A stretch of DNA of 64,000 bases from Utricularia gibba (taxonomy: Eukaryota; Plantae; Magnoliophyta): assembly GCA_002189035.1 (NCBI GenBank), contig NEEC01000012.1, positions 1,054,001 through 1,118,000 on the forward strand, written 5' to 3'. Below the pieces are notes generated by a model. It saw only the letters and a program-made list of their open reading frames with translations, had not been told where the DNA came from and did no database searches. Numbering within the stretch: the first letter of the stretch is position 1; each line of letters begins with the position of its first letter. This document shows, one piece after another, positions 26,963 through 40,814 of the stretch. The translations under genes were made by a program, and so were the position numbers.

Positions 26963-28655
26963 ATATATCATTGGTGAGTGTGATATTATATTGATTTTTA
27001 CATGCATTTTAATTTTTTAAGTTATCTTAGAGTCATCCAATTAAAAATAAAATTAGATACATATTTATTTGTATTAAAGAATAGAAATATTAATTTTATT
27101 GTGTCTTTTGCGTTAATTTTCCTAACTTTTGAATCCGAGACTAAAGGTTGTAATATAAGAATCGTACACAAGATGGATGGCTGGAAGGTGTGATTTTTTT
27201 GCATTAGAAATCAAAGATAAAATGGGCCCATCATATTGATGCTGATAATAACTATTAACTACTAATATTGTACTTTCATGTAATTAGAAAGGAAGGATAA
27301 TGACTAGGATTTTTCTTGTATGCTTGAAATTGTTAAAGAAGAGAATTTGTTGCACGTGATAGGGTACTTCGCATTTTCGGAAAATACCTTAGAACTTAAC
27401 AACTAGCTTTTTTTTCTTTTTCTCCATATCATTCAGGAAGAAGTTAATTAAGTTTCATTTTTTACTATCAGCTTTGCAATGGTCATTCCTAGCTAAATAA
27501 TTTCTTTCCTGGCATTGAATGAAATTTCATTCTGTGTTGAACATAATCTCTTGGCTTACACTAGAATTCTTCCAAGTTTCTCATATCTTCACACATACAT
27601 GTATTTTAGTAACATCTCTTAATCATGATTCATGAGTGGCTGGACATTTGATTGTAAATTTTGATGTGAGGCAAGGTAAAGGGTTGCATCTGGAAGAGAT
27701 GGTCATTTGTTGGTAACCAAGATATTTTGTTAATGGATGGACATTGATCATGTGCCTGATTCATATTATTATTTACAATACGCAGACACACATATAAAAT
27801 TCAATTTTGAGGGCAATTAATTATCCTCTTGTCCTCCTGATTGTTTAAAGAGGAGTAACATGGGTTATTTTTTATGTTTCCTTGTATTGAGAGCGTAAGG
27901 GCACATAAGCAAATTACTTCTTCCCATAATCAATTACTTGAAAGTAATCCATGAGAGTCAAGGCCAAGATAGGCAAAGGATGAAACTAATTTCATTCCTA
28001 GTAATATTCTCTTTATTCAAAATCTATAATTTTGGTTCTATTTTCTAGTAACTGAATTCTCAAAATTCATTTTAAAATGGTGACAGTTTGTTTTTAGTTA
28101 CAATTTCACCATTCTCTTGAATACAATTTAAAATTTATTGAATAAATGATATTCAATAATCATGTTTTGTATATGTTTCTGAGGGCTCTTCCTGCTACCT
28201 ACAATCATAGGGAAGGTTATTAGTCCTTGGGGTTGACTTGTTTTGACCTCACTATATTGTTGAAGCATGATTCTGAAATAGAAATAGTTAGTATTGTGGA
28301 GGACCTTTGGGTCTTGGATCTCTTACTGCAGAACCATAGAATGAAACATCTTTAGGGAATCAAATTCTCTTTCTTGAATGATTGGAAAATCGAAGGAAAA
28401 TATTGGAATGAGCTCTTCGAAGGACTACCAGCATTTTTTAACACTAACGAAATCATGAACTGCTCATGGAAGTGATTTAAGATCCAAAATGATTTAATCA
28501 TGATTTTATGAACAATGGGTCTGCCTCCCAATAGGAATAGTTCCACCGTCGCAGCTTTGAAAATTGAGACCTCAAGATATTGAAATAAAAGTGTGTAGGG
28601 CCCATGTTTGTTTTCAGAGTTCAACTTTCCAGAACATTTACACTTTTCAAAAAAT

Positions 28656-29339
28656 CGTGTCAATTATAAAAATACCCACTGCCATAAAACCTGTTTACAA
28701 AAGTACCCACTGTGTGAGTGTGTGTATGTATATTTACGAAATTGTCCTTTTTTAAATATATATGTTAATATTGTATGATAAATATTGTAACTTGTATTTT
28801 TATAATACTTGATGATGATTTTCAGTAAAATGTTTTTAGTAAATAATATTTTATATTTTTTCAGAAATTATTTTGATCTTATGGTATGTATATTATTAGT
28901 ATAAAATTATTTAAAAAGTATTGCTTATTATAAAAACAAGTTGATTTTAGATTAAAAATTATTTTGATCTCATGAAATATATATTATTATTATTAAAATT
29001 ATTTAAAAATTATTATTTATTATAAAAACGAGTTGGTTTTAAGTCAAAAATTATTTTGAGATTATGAAATATATATTATTAGTGTTAACATTATTTAAAA
29101 AGTATTGTTTATTACAAAAATGAGTTGATTTTAGGTGATGATTTTCAATATAAACATTTTATTGAAAGTCATTATTTAGTATTATAAAAATATAAATTAT
29201 AATGTTTATAACATAATATTTACATATTCAGTAGTAAAGGGTAATTTGGTAAACTTATACACACCAAACACACACAATACACACAGTAGGTAATTTTCTA
29301 AAGTGCTGTTATGAGAGTGGATATTTTTAAAAATGACCC
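28656..29339. mobile_element. Mutator-type MITE with ~90-110 bp imperfect TIRs, 9-bp TSD and three internal ~90-bp tandem units
   Basis: Left ataaaaatacccactgccataaaac...actgtgtg is inverted to right acacagtagg...gtggatatttttaaaaatgaccc. Flanks TCAAAAAAT (28647-28655) and TCAAAAGAT (29340-29348) match 8/9. Internal repeats aaaattattttga at ~28865, ~28955, ~29047. Confidence 0.85.
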
Positions 29340-29639
29340 TCAAAAGATCCCCATAATCTTGAAAGGAAATGCTCAACATTTTGAGTGCCAAACATTAGGA
29401 GTTTGGCCACTATGTGTGAATAGAGCAAAGAAACTGATTGAGGGCCAACTAGTTAAATAAATTCAGTCAAAGCCTCAAATATGAGGGTGAACAATATTTG
29501 AGGTCTATTTTAAATTGTTAGTATTGTTTCTACAATATGATGGATATATTTCTCTTATTCCATTGAATTCATCAACCATTCTAGGTTCTTGACCTAGGTT
29601 CTTTTTATTTTTCAATGGAAAGATTTACATTTTTATTAA

Positions 29640-30260
29640 TTTCTAAATAATATGTACAAATGAAAATGAAATATTAAAAATAAAAAAGCAGAGATTATGA
29701 CGATGCGCAATGTCAAGAATTTCGTGCAACGACCAAAGATGAACCAAGTAACCGCTCATTTAGATGCATGTACATTTCCCTTGTTTATTTTTTTATCCAA
29801 GGAAAGAATTGTAGTTAAACTTTCAAAACTAGTTCCATAAAGACTTCATGAAAATGCACACCTCTGAAAACTTTCTTCCACCCAACTTCTCAAATATATC
29901 AGCAGAGCATTAAAGCCATGACCCCCTATGCTTCGCTTTGCTAGTAGCATGTTATTTTCATGCAAAATTATCATTAATACCTCTGAACCCATTGGCCGAG
30001 TTGGGATACTTCCCCAGCAAGAGTACAATTTTGCCCACTTTCTCTATCATATTCGCAATTGAAAAAGAGATGCTTTGATATTTGTAGAGTATACTCTGTA
30101 CAAGTGCCACAATCATAAGAAAACAAATGCCTATATCTATAAGTTTTTCTCCATGTTGGCAGTCTATTCCTTCTTAGTCGTTTGCCAAGGATATTCACTT
30201 TCATTAGCAATATTTTGGTCTCTCTATCAAAACCTAGCTAGACTAATCCAGTCCCACCTT
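29640..30260 (-). mobile_element. LINE (L1) ORF2 3' fragment (zf-RVT region)
   Basis: RNRLPT...DCGTC...KHLFFNCEY in ORF 29974-30210 matches the RLPT...CxxC...HLFFxC zinc-binding motif of plant L1 ORF2. Confidence 0.7.
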
Positions 30261-32057
30261 ACTCTATATATTTAGTATTCTAGGCTATTGATAGCTGTAT
30301 GCATTTGCTCCAAAGTTAAATATAGTGGGGCAATATATTTGTGGTTTTTATTAGGCTTACGAACCATGGATGCAAATGGGTCGAAAGTAATGTGTAGTTC
30401 AACATGTTGATTATTCTCTATCGATTGTTGCTATTCAAAAAATTTTAAATAAGAAAATGTACACACATCAAAAGTGTAGTGAGTGTTGACTAGAAGAAGT
30501 TGGAATTTTATAAAAAGTAAATTTTCTAACAAATAAAAACTATCACAAGTTTTGTATATGTGTTTTGGGAAGTATAGTAATCAACAAATAAAACTAAAAT
30601 GATAGATCTTGAATGAGGGAAACATTTATGAGACTATAATGCGTTTCATTCTATTGCAGTCTGAGAACACATATTTTTAAATGTTTAGGAATAAGAAAAT
30701 ATCTAATATTTTGCAGAAAATAGCTAGAGGCACTTATGAGATTTTCAATATCACAATGAAGGAATTAAAAACTTTTGACTCTAATGCTTACAAGTGGCTA
30801 GAAGACAAAGCTTCTAAATTTTGGTGTCATATGTTCTTTAATATGCACATAAAATGCAGGGTACTGCTGAATAATATAACATAAAGTTTTAATTCTTTCA
30901 TTTTAAAAGCAAGAGACAAATCAATTATTTAACTACTTGACTTGTTTGACAACATATGATGGTTAGGTTGACTCTTGAACAAGTTTGTGTTGGTCAAGTA
31001 TTGAAATCATGCTCATGCCGGAGATGGGACCTTACTGGAATCCCTTGTAGGCATGATATTTGTGTGCCATGGGCCTCAAGGGAGGATCTCTTTAGGTGGA
31101 TAGATTAGTACTACAGTGTGGAAGTTTACCATGGTTATATTATTGATGTACGCTTGTTTGAATATCGACCTTTTTATGATAAACTATCTCTAGAAACCCA
31201 TCAGCAAGGAAAAAAGTTGGCAGACCATGCAAAAATAGGAAAAGATTGCCTAATCAACCTCCGATGGGACTTGGTTAAAGGAAAAAAATGTTCAATGATG
31301 CATGTGTAACATTATATACTACTTTAAAACACCAGGTCGTAATGTATGAACTTGCAAACAATAACAACAGTCATATGAAGCCATTCCCCCAAGAAAGATT
31401 GAACTTTGATTGTTTTATTGATTAGTGTTTGCATGCTAATTATTATAAATATTAAAAATATTTATTTTTGAATGTTTTTCTCTAAGAAGAAATGTAGTTT
31501 CTTCCTAAAAACAACCAATGTGAGATGCTCCAATTGAACATACCTTCATTCCAGTTGAGATCACGCCATTAGCTTCCGCTCCCTGTGAGTTCACAATATT
31601 GCCATCATCCCCAAGGACGAGCTGCACATTGGTATTCTACTGAAGTAAGTTAATTCAATATATGGTTGGTTAATTCAATGAGTATTTTGTTTAATACATC
31701 TATTAATGCATGTTATTGCATTTGATTGGAAAATTATTGATAGACCATTTATGAAACTAATAGAGAAATAATCTACCTTGTTTGGCTAATTTAGTAAAGA
31801 GGGAAAATGTTTTATCAAGAAAATACATATTTTTACCAATGTTTAGTCAAAGGCACTGGTTCTTGCTTATCTCATGCAACTTCAATTGGAAAAAGAAAAG
31901 ATGCATTTTATGGTTGAATCTATGGGATATTATAAGAAAAATGCAATGAAAGTCAATGTTCACAAGTATGCCATTCTTACCAAGCTCACTATAGGGTAAG
32001 ATTAGAGCCACTTTGAACTTAGCTACAACTAATAGTTAAAAAAAAAAAAATCAATGA

Positions 32058-33373
32058 TAATGACACACTTTTTCTTTCTATTTTATAATACAAAATTACA
32101 ATTTTTTTGTTGTGGTTTAAGTTAAGTTTATATGGTTTTTCATATTTTACATGTTGTTTAGTTTAATTTCTTTTTTATACTAAAAAGTGGATTAAATTCT
32201 TTGATTTAGTCCACCTTTTGTTATTGATGTTTAATTAAGTTTAATAGGAGGATTAGAAGTAAATTGCCTTGAAAGATGTGTGGATTAAATTGAAGGAGAC
32301 ACAATATTTGAAAGGAGATAAAGGCATTGTTTGGCCACCCGCAATCTACAGGTTCAGGTCAATAACAATATTGGTGTTATGAACTAGGAGTAAAGAGAGA
32401 GAGATATTTTTGGAAGTGTGAGAGAATTGAGGAGGGGGAAGCTTCAGTAGCGAAGAAGAAACCGTTGGACATTTTATTTCTATTTCCCGCACTCTCATTT
32501 CAATGGATGAATTTGCTTTTACTATCTTTCTTTCCATGCTTTCTACTATGTTTTTGATGCCTTGATGCAAACAAAAAATCTCTTGTGAATTCTATTTTAG
32601 TTTATAAACATGTTTCTGTTTAAACCCCTTTATGTTTGGTTTTAAGTTTAACATATTATTTACTGTTCCTGCGACACTTGACCCTAAGTGTGTTAAAACT
32701 GGGTCTAAGCTTATAAGTTCTTTTGAATGACATAAGAGTTAGATTCTAGTGTAAAACCCACCCAAGACACATTCACTATATATTTTCTACATATTCATGT
32801 TACTTTCTGTGTTTCTTCACCCTTGCAACTTGTTCATTTTAACTGCTATCATTTTATGTCTTACGTGTATGAGAACTAAACCCCCAAAAAACCCCTCATG
32901 TTTACAGTAAATGTAATGAACTTCAAGAAATTGTAACCATTTCCTATGCATTCAACCCATGCTTACTATACTACATTAATTCCTATGATTTCTATAGTAG
33001 AATAACTAGGTTTATAAATTTCTTTTTATACGTTGAATGTACTAGACCATGACATTTAGCAAACAAATTCAAGCATTCATCAATCACAGTGTTACATTGT
33101 GCACAAAACTTGTATTTGTTCCCCTTTGCATTGTGATTGAATTTTGTTTATTGAATTTACATATCACTATTAATTTGAGCTTAAACTAAAAGTGGCATTT
33201 ATTCTGAAATCTTGCATTTAAGAAAATGTTTTTCAAGCATCTACTGCTTGATCAACCCTGAAATCTACTATACAAGTTTTCTGAATTTGTATTTTGTGTA
33301 AATTAGGATTCACAAATTTATTTGATATGAAAATTCTATTTTTGTGAGAAAATTAGGAATTTATCGTTTATAA
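32058..33373 (+). mobile_element. Athila-like solo LTR (family A related, old)
   Basis: TAATGACACAC...GTTTATAA (both terminal dinucleotides mutated) with exact TSD AATGA (32053-32057 and 33374-33378). Start and end blocks similar to 19416-20805. Confidence 0.8.
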
Positions 33374-33844
33374 AATGAATCAAGAGAGTGAAGAAAAGGT
33401 TGATGCATCTAAAAAAGTTGTACATTTAAAATTAGAGCTTAAACAAAGCAAAGGAAGCTCTAGGCATCAGTCATTTAAGTGCATGGAGAGTTTGAATCAT
33501 AAGGTATTGGAGTGACATGGCAAAAGTATTGCATTTTGTCTAGACCTTCCCATCTTCTCAAAAGAAAAAATGTGTAAAGGAAGGCGTCATGTGAGTTTGG
33601 TATGTTGTTGGTTAGAGTCTTGTTCAAAACAATGTTAGAAATGACCATATTATTAGAAAGTGAATTATGTACACTAAGGTTGCCTCAAAATGATGTCCCA
33701 CTATTTTACTGTTTTTGTGTATTGATTTCCATGCTACACCAATGAGCTGAGTAATTGAAACACAATGTGAATTCAAATGATTAATTCTCATTTTCACGTC
33801 AAATTCCAAATCTGCCCTTTTGTTAAAAATAAATTGTCATTTTT

Positions 33845-33870
33845 ACATCTTTATTAATAGTATATATAGA
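33845..33870 (-). mobile_element. Possible Helitron 5' terminus
   Basis: Minus strand A|TCTATATATACTATTAATAAAGATG resembles non-autonomous Helitron starts. No matching hairpin-CTAG 3' end found. Confidence 0.3.
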
Positions 33871-34049
33871 TTGGATGATAATAATAATATGGTTTCTTCA
33901 AGCAAAACATCAAGTATGAAATATATAACTATATTGAAATGGAACAACAAAAAATCACAAATAAATTTATTTGAACAGAAACCATAGTTGAAACACATTA
34001 ATCACAATGATTCATCTCTCCCTTTATATTGAGTTGCTTAAGAGTGTCC

Positions 34050-36600
34050 AAAACCTATGCTTGGTAGATTTCTGAAATGAAACTTGATGAGGCTGTGTTT
34101 GCTTTGGAATCTATTGAAGCAATGCACTCTTTCAGTGCAGAAAAAATGATTACCATGAAAGCATTTTCGGATACCAATGAAGCCAAATCAAGCTTGTTGA
34201 AAAGAGATAAAGTTTCCTATGTTGAAGTTTCCCTCTTGTCCACATTGCAAGAAGACCAATCATATGGAAAATTATTGTTTCCAGAGATCAAGAGCACATT
34301 GTCCCATTTAAGAAACTGAAAGACAATTTGTCTGCTTCTGAGGGCTCAATTTCAAAACATAATGATGAATTAGCCTGGTTCTCAATTGAGTTGAGCCATT
34401 AGTCTAAAGGTTCTATTGTTGATAATGCTCACCGCTTTGTTGTTGATATTATGAAATGCTGGTATATTGACGATGGATGTGCAAGTCACATGACTGAAAA
34501 TGTGGATTAATTTTCTATTTTGGATACTTCTTTCCTTTCATAAGTTAGATGTATAGGTGGTGAGACATTACATGTCTTGGGGATTGGCTTTATCATTATT
34601 AAAACATCTTGTGGATTCTGCCTACTTTCAGATGTTTTATGTGTGCTTGATCTTGGGGCAAATCTATCAAGGGTTTGTCAATTGAGGAAGACCAACTTTT
34701 CTGTGGTTTTTAAAGATCAAGTGTGTCAAATCTTTTTCAAAGAGGGTGACTGTTTATTTTCTATTCCAAAGGTCAATAAGAATTTTTCCTCTTAATTTTA
34801 ATGCATTTCCAGCACACACAAGTGATATTGCTATTTTTTTTCACGTATGATTCAGCCATATTAGTTTGGGTTATGTTAAAATAATGATGAACAAGGATTT
34901 GCGAGGTCTTAATCCCAGCTTTCTAAAAATCTACCCCACTTGCCAATATGGTAAACTCCAGCTAGCCTCATGGCCAATGATAAAACTGGAATTGCTTCAT
35001 ACTAAATTATGCGGAACTGTAGTTGATGCTTCTTTGAATGGCAGTAACATTTCCCCATCTGCATTGATGATTATTGTATTTTTGCCAAAGCAAGTGCTTA
35101 TTGTATTTTGAGATCTTAAAGTCTATTTTGAGAAGCAAAGTTCTGGAGTCATTAAAGTTATTCCAAGTGATAGTGGTAGGGACTTTACAAATAATGCTGT
35201 TGATGCTTGTCTAAAATATTGCGGTGTATAACATCATTTGATTATTTCATATATTCCTCTATGGAAAGATATTTTTGAGAGAAAAAAATAAGAGTATACT
35301 TAATATGACAAGATTTTTGTTGCATGAAAAACAACTTCTTCATTATTTTTGGGCTGAAGCTGATTCCACCAGCAGACAATGCTCCTAACTGGAAACAGTG
35401 TCAGCAGAATAGAATCCTAGTGATATTTTTTGCATTTGAACGTTTCTTTTCAGCTCATCATTTTATTTTTGAAGTTTTTGTAATGTATGCATTGTTACAT
35501 TTTTTTATGAAGTAATAATTATTAATTTTAGCATGAATGATTAAGATATAATGTGGTGCCTTAGGAAAAAAGGGGGAATGCATGTAACCTTTGCCTAGGA
35601 TTTGAGACTCAAGTTTGTGCCTTTTTCTAATAAATCAAGATATATAAAAAAATGAGAAGGATTAATACATGTAACTTAAAAAATCCAACGTTAGAAGTGT
35701 ACCAAAGAGATGAGATGTGCCTTCATAAATAATATATTTGGTTAGATACAACTACGACAAGTGCATCTTGCCTTATTTGACATATGGAATAGTAGACCGA
35801 AGTATAAGGTGGTCTAGAAAACTTAAGAAGATAAAAATAAAAAAATCATAGAAATGAGTTCAGTTGATTTTGACAATCTCAAGTTGATATACACTTTAAA
35901 GTTCTAAGGTCATACGTCAAGTAAGTACACTTCCCTACACACCCATGTTTCATTCAGTTCAAGTTAGATTTTAGTATTTGTTGTATTGTTTTCTAAATTT
36001 TCTATATTATTATTTACAACTTATTAGGTTAGTTAAGATTTAAAAATTGATCGTGACAATCAGAATGCATTAACGTTTATATCATAAGTATGAACTCTTT
36101 GAGTTCAACTTTTAATCTACTATACATTTTTTTTCGATTTGTAATTTATATGCATTAGAATTTTAAAAATTTATTTGATTAAAAAGTTCCATTATTTTGC
36201 AAAGACTAGGAATTTTTGTTTATCATATTAGGAGAATATCGTATGTGTAGTTATATAGATTCTTATTTTGTAGGATCTATAGATTACTTGAAAAGCACTT
36301 TGGGTTATTGTTTTACTCTTGGAAGTGGTACGTTTTTTGTTCTTCAATGAAGCAATCTACTATTGCTTAATCCATTGTATTATGCTGCTTCTAAAGCCTA
36401 TAACCAACCTCTTTGGCAGCACAAACTTATTGGAGATTTGAACCTCAGGCATTCTGGTTCTTGAAATACTCAGCACATCTAAAATTGCAGCCACTAAGAA
36501 TCCTATTATTCCTGGCTGTATGAAAATTATTAATGTCAAATAATATGCTCTTAGTGATGCTGAAAGCGGTGGATTTGTGAAAGGTGATGGTCTGCTCAAC
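34050..36600 (+). mobile_element. Highly degenerate Ty1/copia remnant (PR, GAG-pre-integrase, INT, RNase H), RT missing
   Basis: WYIDDGCASHMT (~34460), LSDVLCVLDLGANL (~34630), CQYGK...LLHTKLCG...SLNGS (34866-35111), ERKNKSILNMTRFLLHEK-like (~35290), and GYCFTLGSG...KQSTIA (~36310-36370). Confidence 0.8.
35350..36225 (+). repeat. Truncated Athila-like LTR within the Copia remnant
   Basis: gcatgaatgatt...ggtgccttagg motif and the conserved 3' block ...aatttatttgatt...tttttgtttatca ending at 36225. Left boundary approximate. Confidence 0.6.
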
Positions 36601-39600
36601 TAGAGAACAAGTTGCTAATTTGCATTTAGATGTACTTATCCATTTTAATTTGCAAAATAGATGAAGTTAGTAAAAAAATAGTTGAATAGACGATGTTTTA
36701 AATTTTGCACATAAAATAAATTATGTTTGATTCATATGTTTTGAATTTTAAAAAATAATATATTCAAAATATTTAATATTTTATGAATAAATAATAATTT
36801 AAAAATAAATAAATATATATATATATTTTATCATTATATGTGACTCATTTCGTGTTTTATTGCATATACTAATTTAATTTGTAAAACATCTTAATTTAGA
36901 ATAGGTTGTACAATACCTCAATTTGTTAATTTTTTTTTATTTTTTTATTTACATAATAATAAAAAAGTCATTACTAAAACTATATTATAATAAATATATC
37001 AATTCCTTAAAACTTAAATCAGAGTAAAATAGTTTTGATAAAATTAATTAAAATATATTATAATAAGTATATCAAACCTCATTTGTTTCAAAAATTAAAA
37101 CTAAAACATCATCTATTTCACTAATATTTTCTAAACCTTATCTATTTTACAAAGTGAAATCACAAAGTACATCTAAATACCTCATTTCCACTTGCTAATT
37201 TACTCACGAAACCTTTAACCATTTCCAGATTCAATGATCTCTTGTTTACGCGGAGAACTAATCAGGGTGTTGCATGCAGAATGAATGGGATGCACGTTCT
37301 TAGAAGGGGATTGTTACCTAGCGCCTTTATTGATAATAACTCGAGTATATTTGAGTACTCAAAGTTTTGTATTTAAAACTAGTTATAAAGAAACGGCTAG
37401 ACTTTTAGCAAAAGTACCTCTATAGGCTTTAATCAATCGGTTGAAACACTTGAAAGAGAGTATTGTTGATAAACAAAAAATCTGAGTCATTATGAAATAT
37501 TGAATTTTTCAAATCAAATAAAATTTATAAAGTTTTAATGCACATTAATCAGCAAATATGTTCAGTGCAACAGGTTGAATACAAGAAGTGTAGTGTTTGT
37601 TGTGCGAAATTTCATATATTCTGATATCATATATAATTTTTAATCTTAGATGCAATTTGTGTAAATTAAATAGTAGTTGTTAAAATTAAAATAATGAGGA
37701 AGCAGGTTTCTAATTCAAAATCAGAAAACACAAATGCAACGCCTTAGGGTTACATGGGTGAAATTCTCACTGAACTCTACGTCCTAAAATTGCAATGTGC
37801 AAATTAGCCCAAGACGGACTACATCTACTCGGATCAATCTTTATTATTTTTTGGTCTCAATTTCCTTAGTTCACTAATATAATTGCATTATTATAGCTTA
37901 CATAATTGACCTTTAAGAACTATAGTTTTGATCATAACAATTTATATATAATACAAAATGCAATATAGATCACAAGTTTTATTAATGGTGTAAAAAATGA
38001 TATATAACGTTAAGCAACTTCAACCAACACTTATGATTATTTTGATCAAATAGTTTATCGATTTGACAATTTCAATCATCATTATTTATATTAAATTAGT
38101 TAATTTAATTCACTCTATCTATTTGATGATTTAGATCATCAAAATATGTACAATTTTAACTATAGAACTTTATTATAATTTATACAATTGATCTGTGATA
38201 ATTATAATCGTAAACAATACCGATTCATGTATAATTCAACTTTTACTGATATGTTTTAAAAAGGTGTAATTTTTAGCTTAGGTTTTTTTTTATTAATGGT
38301 ATATTTTAACTAATAATTATGATTCTTCATGACTTAATTTCTTATATGCAACCAGCTTTGCCCAAGTCATGATCATGATTTTTGTATCATCAACTTAACT
38401 AAAGTTGTATATCAGTTGGATAGCCATTATTGCTTGCAGTAAAGATTTGACATCCTTGATTATTATTGTTAATATTTAATTAACGAATTTGGAGCTACCT
38501 GGAAAATTCATAATATAAAATATGCATGTATTTTGCATAGTTCAGAGATTCGCAAGTAACTGGATACATTCGAATTTATCACTCAAGCTCAAAATAAAAA
38601 AAATGATATTTTTTTAATAGTATGAGATATCTTATCAGTAAGTGATGTACTGAATATTCATTTTTTGCAGTAAATTCATGAATGCCTTCCTTTACAAATC
38701 AATTTGGAACCATCTATAGTATAAGGACATGTTTCAAGATACAATTTAGATGAAAATGTTGATAAAATAATCATTAAAATGAAACTTACAAAATAAGGAT
38801 ATCCATCTAGATCGTACGAATGGCCTTTATTGTAAGAATTTATAGATATAGTACAACATGTATATGCTGCATTTATGAATCCCTTTTGTTTGTTTTTTCG
38901 CCTACTGTACCGATAGTGGTTAGTGTTTTCAAGTGTTACCACGTTTTAAAGTGTTCAAAGGTGTGCAAGTGGAAGCTGCAACTAGGGGCGCGTTTAGTAG
39001 ACAGGTATAAGTGGGTTTGCAGGTGGGTTTGTCAAAGAAACCCAGATTTGGTACGTGTGTTTAATGTGAGTAATTTTAAACCCACTTGAAAACGTAAACC
39101 CAATTAACACCCATGAACGTGGGTTTACTTAATCCCAAGGGGGGAAGTGGTTTTACATAAACAAATGTTGCAACTTTCCATTCTACCCCTTATGCCAATC
39201 TTTTAAAGATTATTTATTGCAATAGATTTATCAAAGCTCACTTCATGAGCTGCATACGGAGAGTCGTTCTGTGTTTGTCTTTAAATTTGGGAGTCATGAT
39301 TTGATGTCTGGTAGGTTTTCAAGTACCATCGTTCATGGGTATTCCTCACGATCCAAGCTTTGTTTCTGATTGTAAAAGCATATTTACAAGAGAAGCACCA
39401 AGACTAGACTACAGCACTTTCAACTAATGGTGCAAGAGGTGTATTTGGGGAAAGTATTCGTCGGCGGGAATATGTGAATAAAAAGGAGGGAAATCAAATT
39501 ATTTCCAAATTGCATTATTTATAAAGAATGATGTATCAGTTATTTTATATATAAATTCATACAATATCTAATTTTTATTCCACATACCAACATATTGTGA

Positions 39601-39860
39601 TTTATAACCCAAATAATTTTTACTCATTGACCAAATAAGAATATCATCCTAATTCAACGAAACATGTTTATATAAATCCAAATAAATTAAATTTAGACTA
39701 AATTTCTATTCATGTACGAAACGTGACTTTAAGTGTTATGGAGATTCAGTTGGTACGGGGGTGTTGGGGAATGTCATAACCCTTACTAGGTGTTAAGTGC
39801 CAGGGTGGGAACACGTTGTCAAGAGCCTAGTGTACTGAAAGATACCAATTGTGTATATTG

Positions 39861-40377
39861 GCCAAGTCAATTTTCGAGATCGAAGTCAAAATCCGCCGCG
39901 GAATTGAAGCCGAAGGCATACCGTACTTCCAAATATTTTGCTGGGTATATCCTCCTGACTCTGGCACAAGTGGGTGCCACCGCCATTCCTCGAGGGAATG
40001 TTGCCATCTATGGAGATGGAAATGACAATGATGTGCTCATTTATGGGGATGGAATCCTGAGATTCTAGAATCGGTTAATCTTCATTGCTTTGCAGCTGTG
40101 TTCAGGGCTGCGGATGATCCACGGACTTTGAACAAGACAGTCCACATAAAGCCAGCGAGCAACACTGTCACGTTCAACGAGCTGGTTGCCTTGTGGGAGA
40201 AGAAGATCAACAAGACACTTGACAAGGAATACATCCAAGAGGAGCAAATTCTGAAGCCGATCTTAGGTAACCCAAATCGGAACTTGTCGATCATCTTAGC
40301 CCAAAAATCAAACGTATGTGCTTTTTTACAGAGTCGCCAGTTCCGGTAAACATCCTACGGTCATTTGCGGTCAGACC
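39861..40377 (+). pseudogene. Isoflavone reductase/PCBER-like (NmrA family) pseudogene, middle exons
   Basis: KIRRGIEAEGIPY, YFAGY...LAQVGATA.P...IYGDGN, AVF//RAADDPRTLNKTVHIKPASNTVTFNELVALWEKKINKTLDKEYIQEEQILK, intron 40267-40331, then ESPVPVNIL. Several frameshifting microdeletions. 5' exons not found. Confidence 0.9.
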
Positions 40378-40652
40378 TGTTGGATGATGAAGTAAGCTCG
40401 AGAAATCATCACGGATGCTTATCAATATGGCTGAAGATGCTGTCAAACGTGATCAGCAACTGCTGCTGTTATCGAGTAGTTACACTTGGATATGATTAAT
40501 GTGATAAACTGATATGGTTAAGGGTTAGAAAAGATAGTGCCCTGTGTGTGTTAGTATAAGTATGCTGTTGCCTTTGTAAGAAAGTGGTGACTCTGTTTAT
40601 GAATGAAAGCAAAATGAATTTGTGTACTTTGATGTCTTCCTCAACAATAAAG

Positions 40653-40664
40653 TGGTATGAGAGC
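40653..40664 (+). other. Primer-binding site, tRNA-iMet type
   Basis: TGGTATGAGAGC (one mismatch from canonical TGGTATCAGAGC) three bases after the 5' LTR end. Confidence 0.85.
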
Positions 40665-40814
40665 AGGATTCTTTAAAGAAGATGGTGACCAACCGTGGTT
40701 TAGGAGGATCAGGATCATTCCCCATCCCATTTTTGTCAAAAGAGAATTTTGACATTTGGAAAATCTGAATGCAAACGATATTTGGTGCTTATGATGTTTT
40801 GTAAGTAGCAAAAT

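Larger units (their letters stand above)
28380..31320 (+). mobile_element. Degenerate MuDR/Mutator transposase, interrupted by a MITE and a LINE fragment
   Basis: ELKTFDSNAYKWL...KCRVLLNN (30681-30884), FNSFILKARDK (~30890), SWIM finger CSCRRWDLTGIPCRH (~31010-31055), and NRAKKLIEG (~29420). Weaker N-terminal MuDR-like matches at 28380-28620. Confidence 0.8.

Noticed and set aside
28352-28663. Minus-strand ORF resembling LINE ORF2 (LLGGRP...IKS)
   Set aside because: The plus strand gives a more coherent MuDR N-terminal reading continuous with downstream transposase pieces; the LINE match is only a few residues.
35566-35582. AAAAAGGGGGAATG as a Copia PPT and LTR start
   Set aside because: It lies inside an Athila-like LTR fragment at the position of the ggtgccttagg...aaaag motif, and Copia RNase H sequence follows downstream.
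38985-39725. Tourist-like MITE ends (GGGCGCGTTTAG, GGTGTATTTGG)
   Set aside because: I could not pair TIRs with a TAA/TTA TSD.
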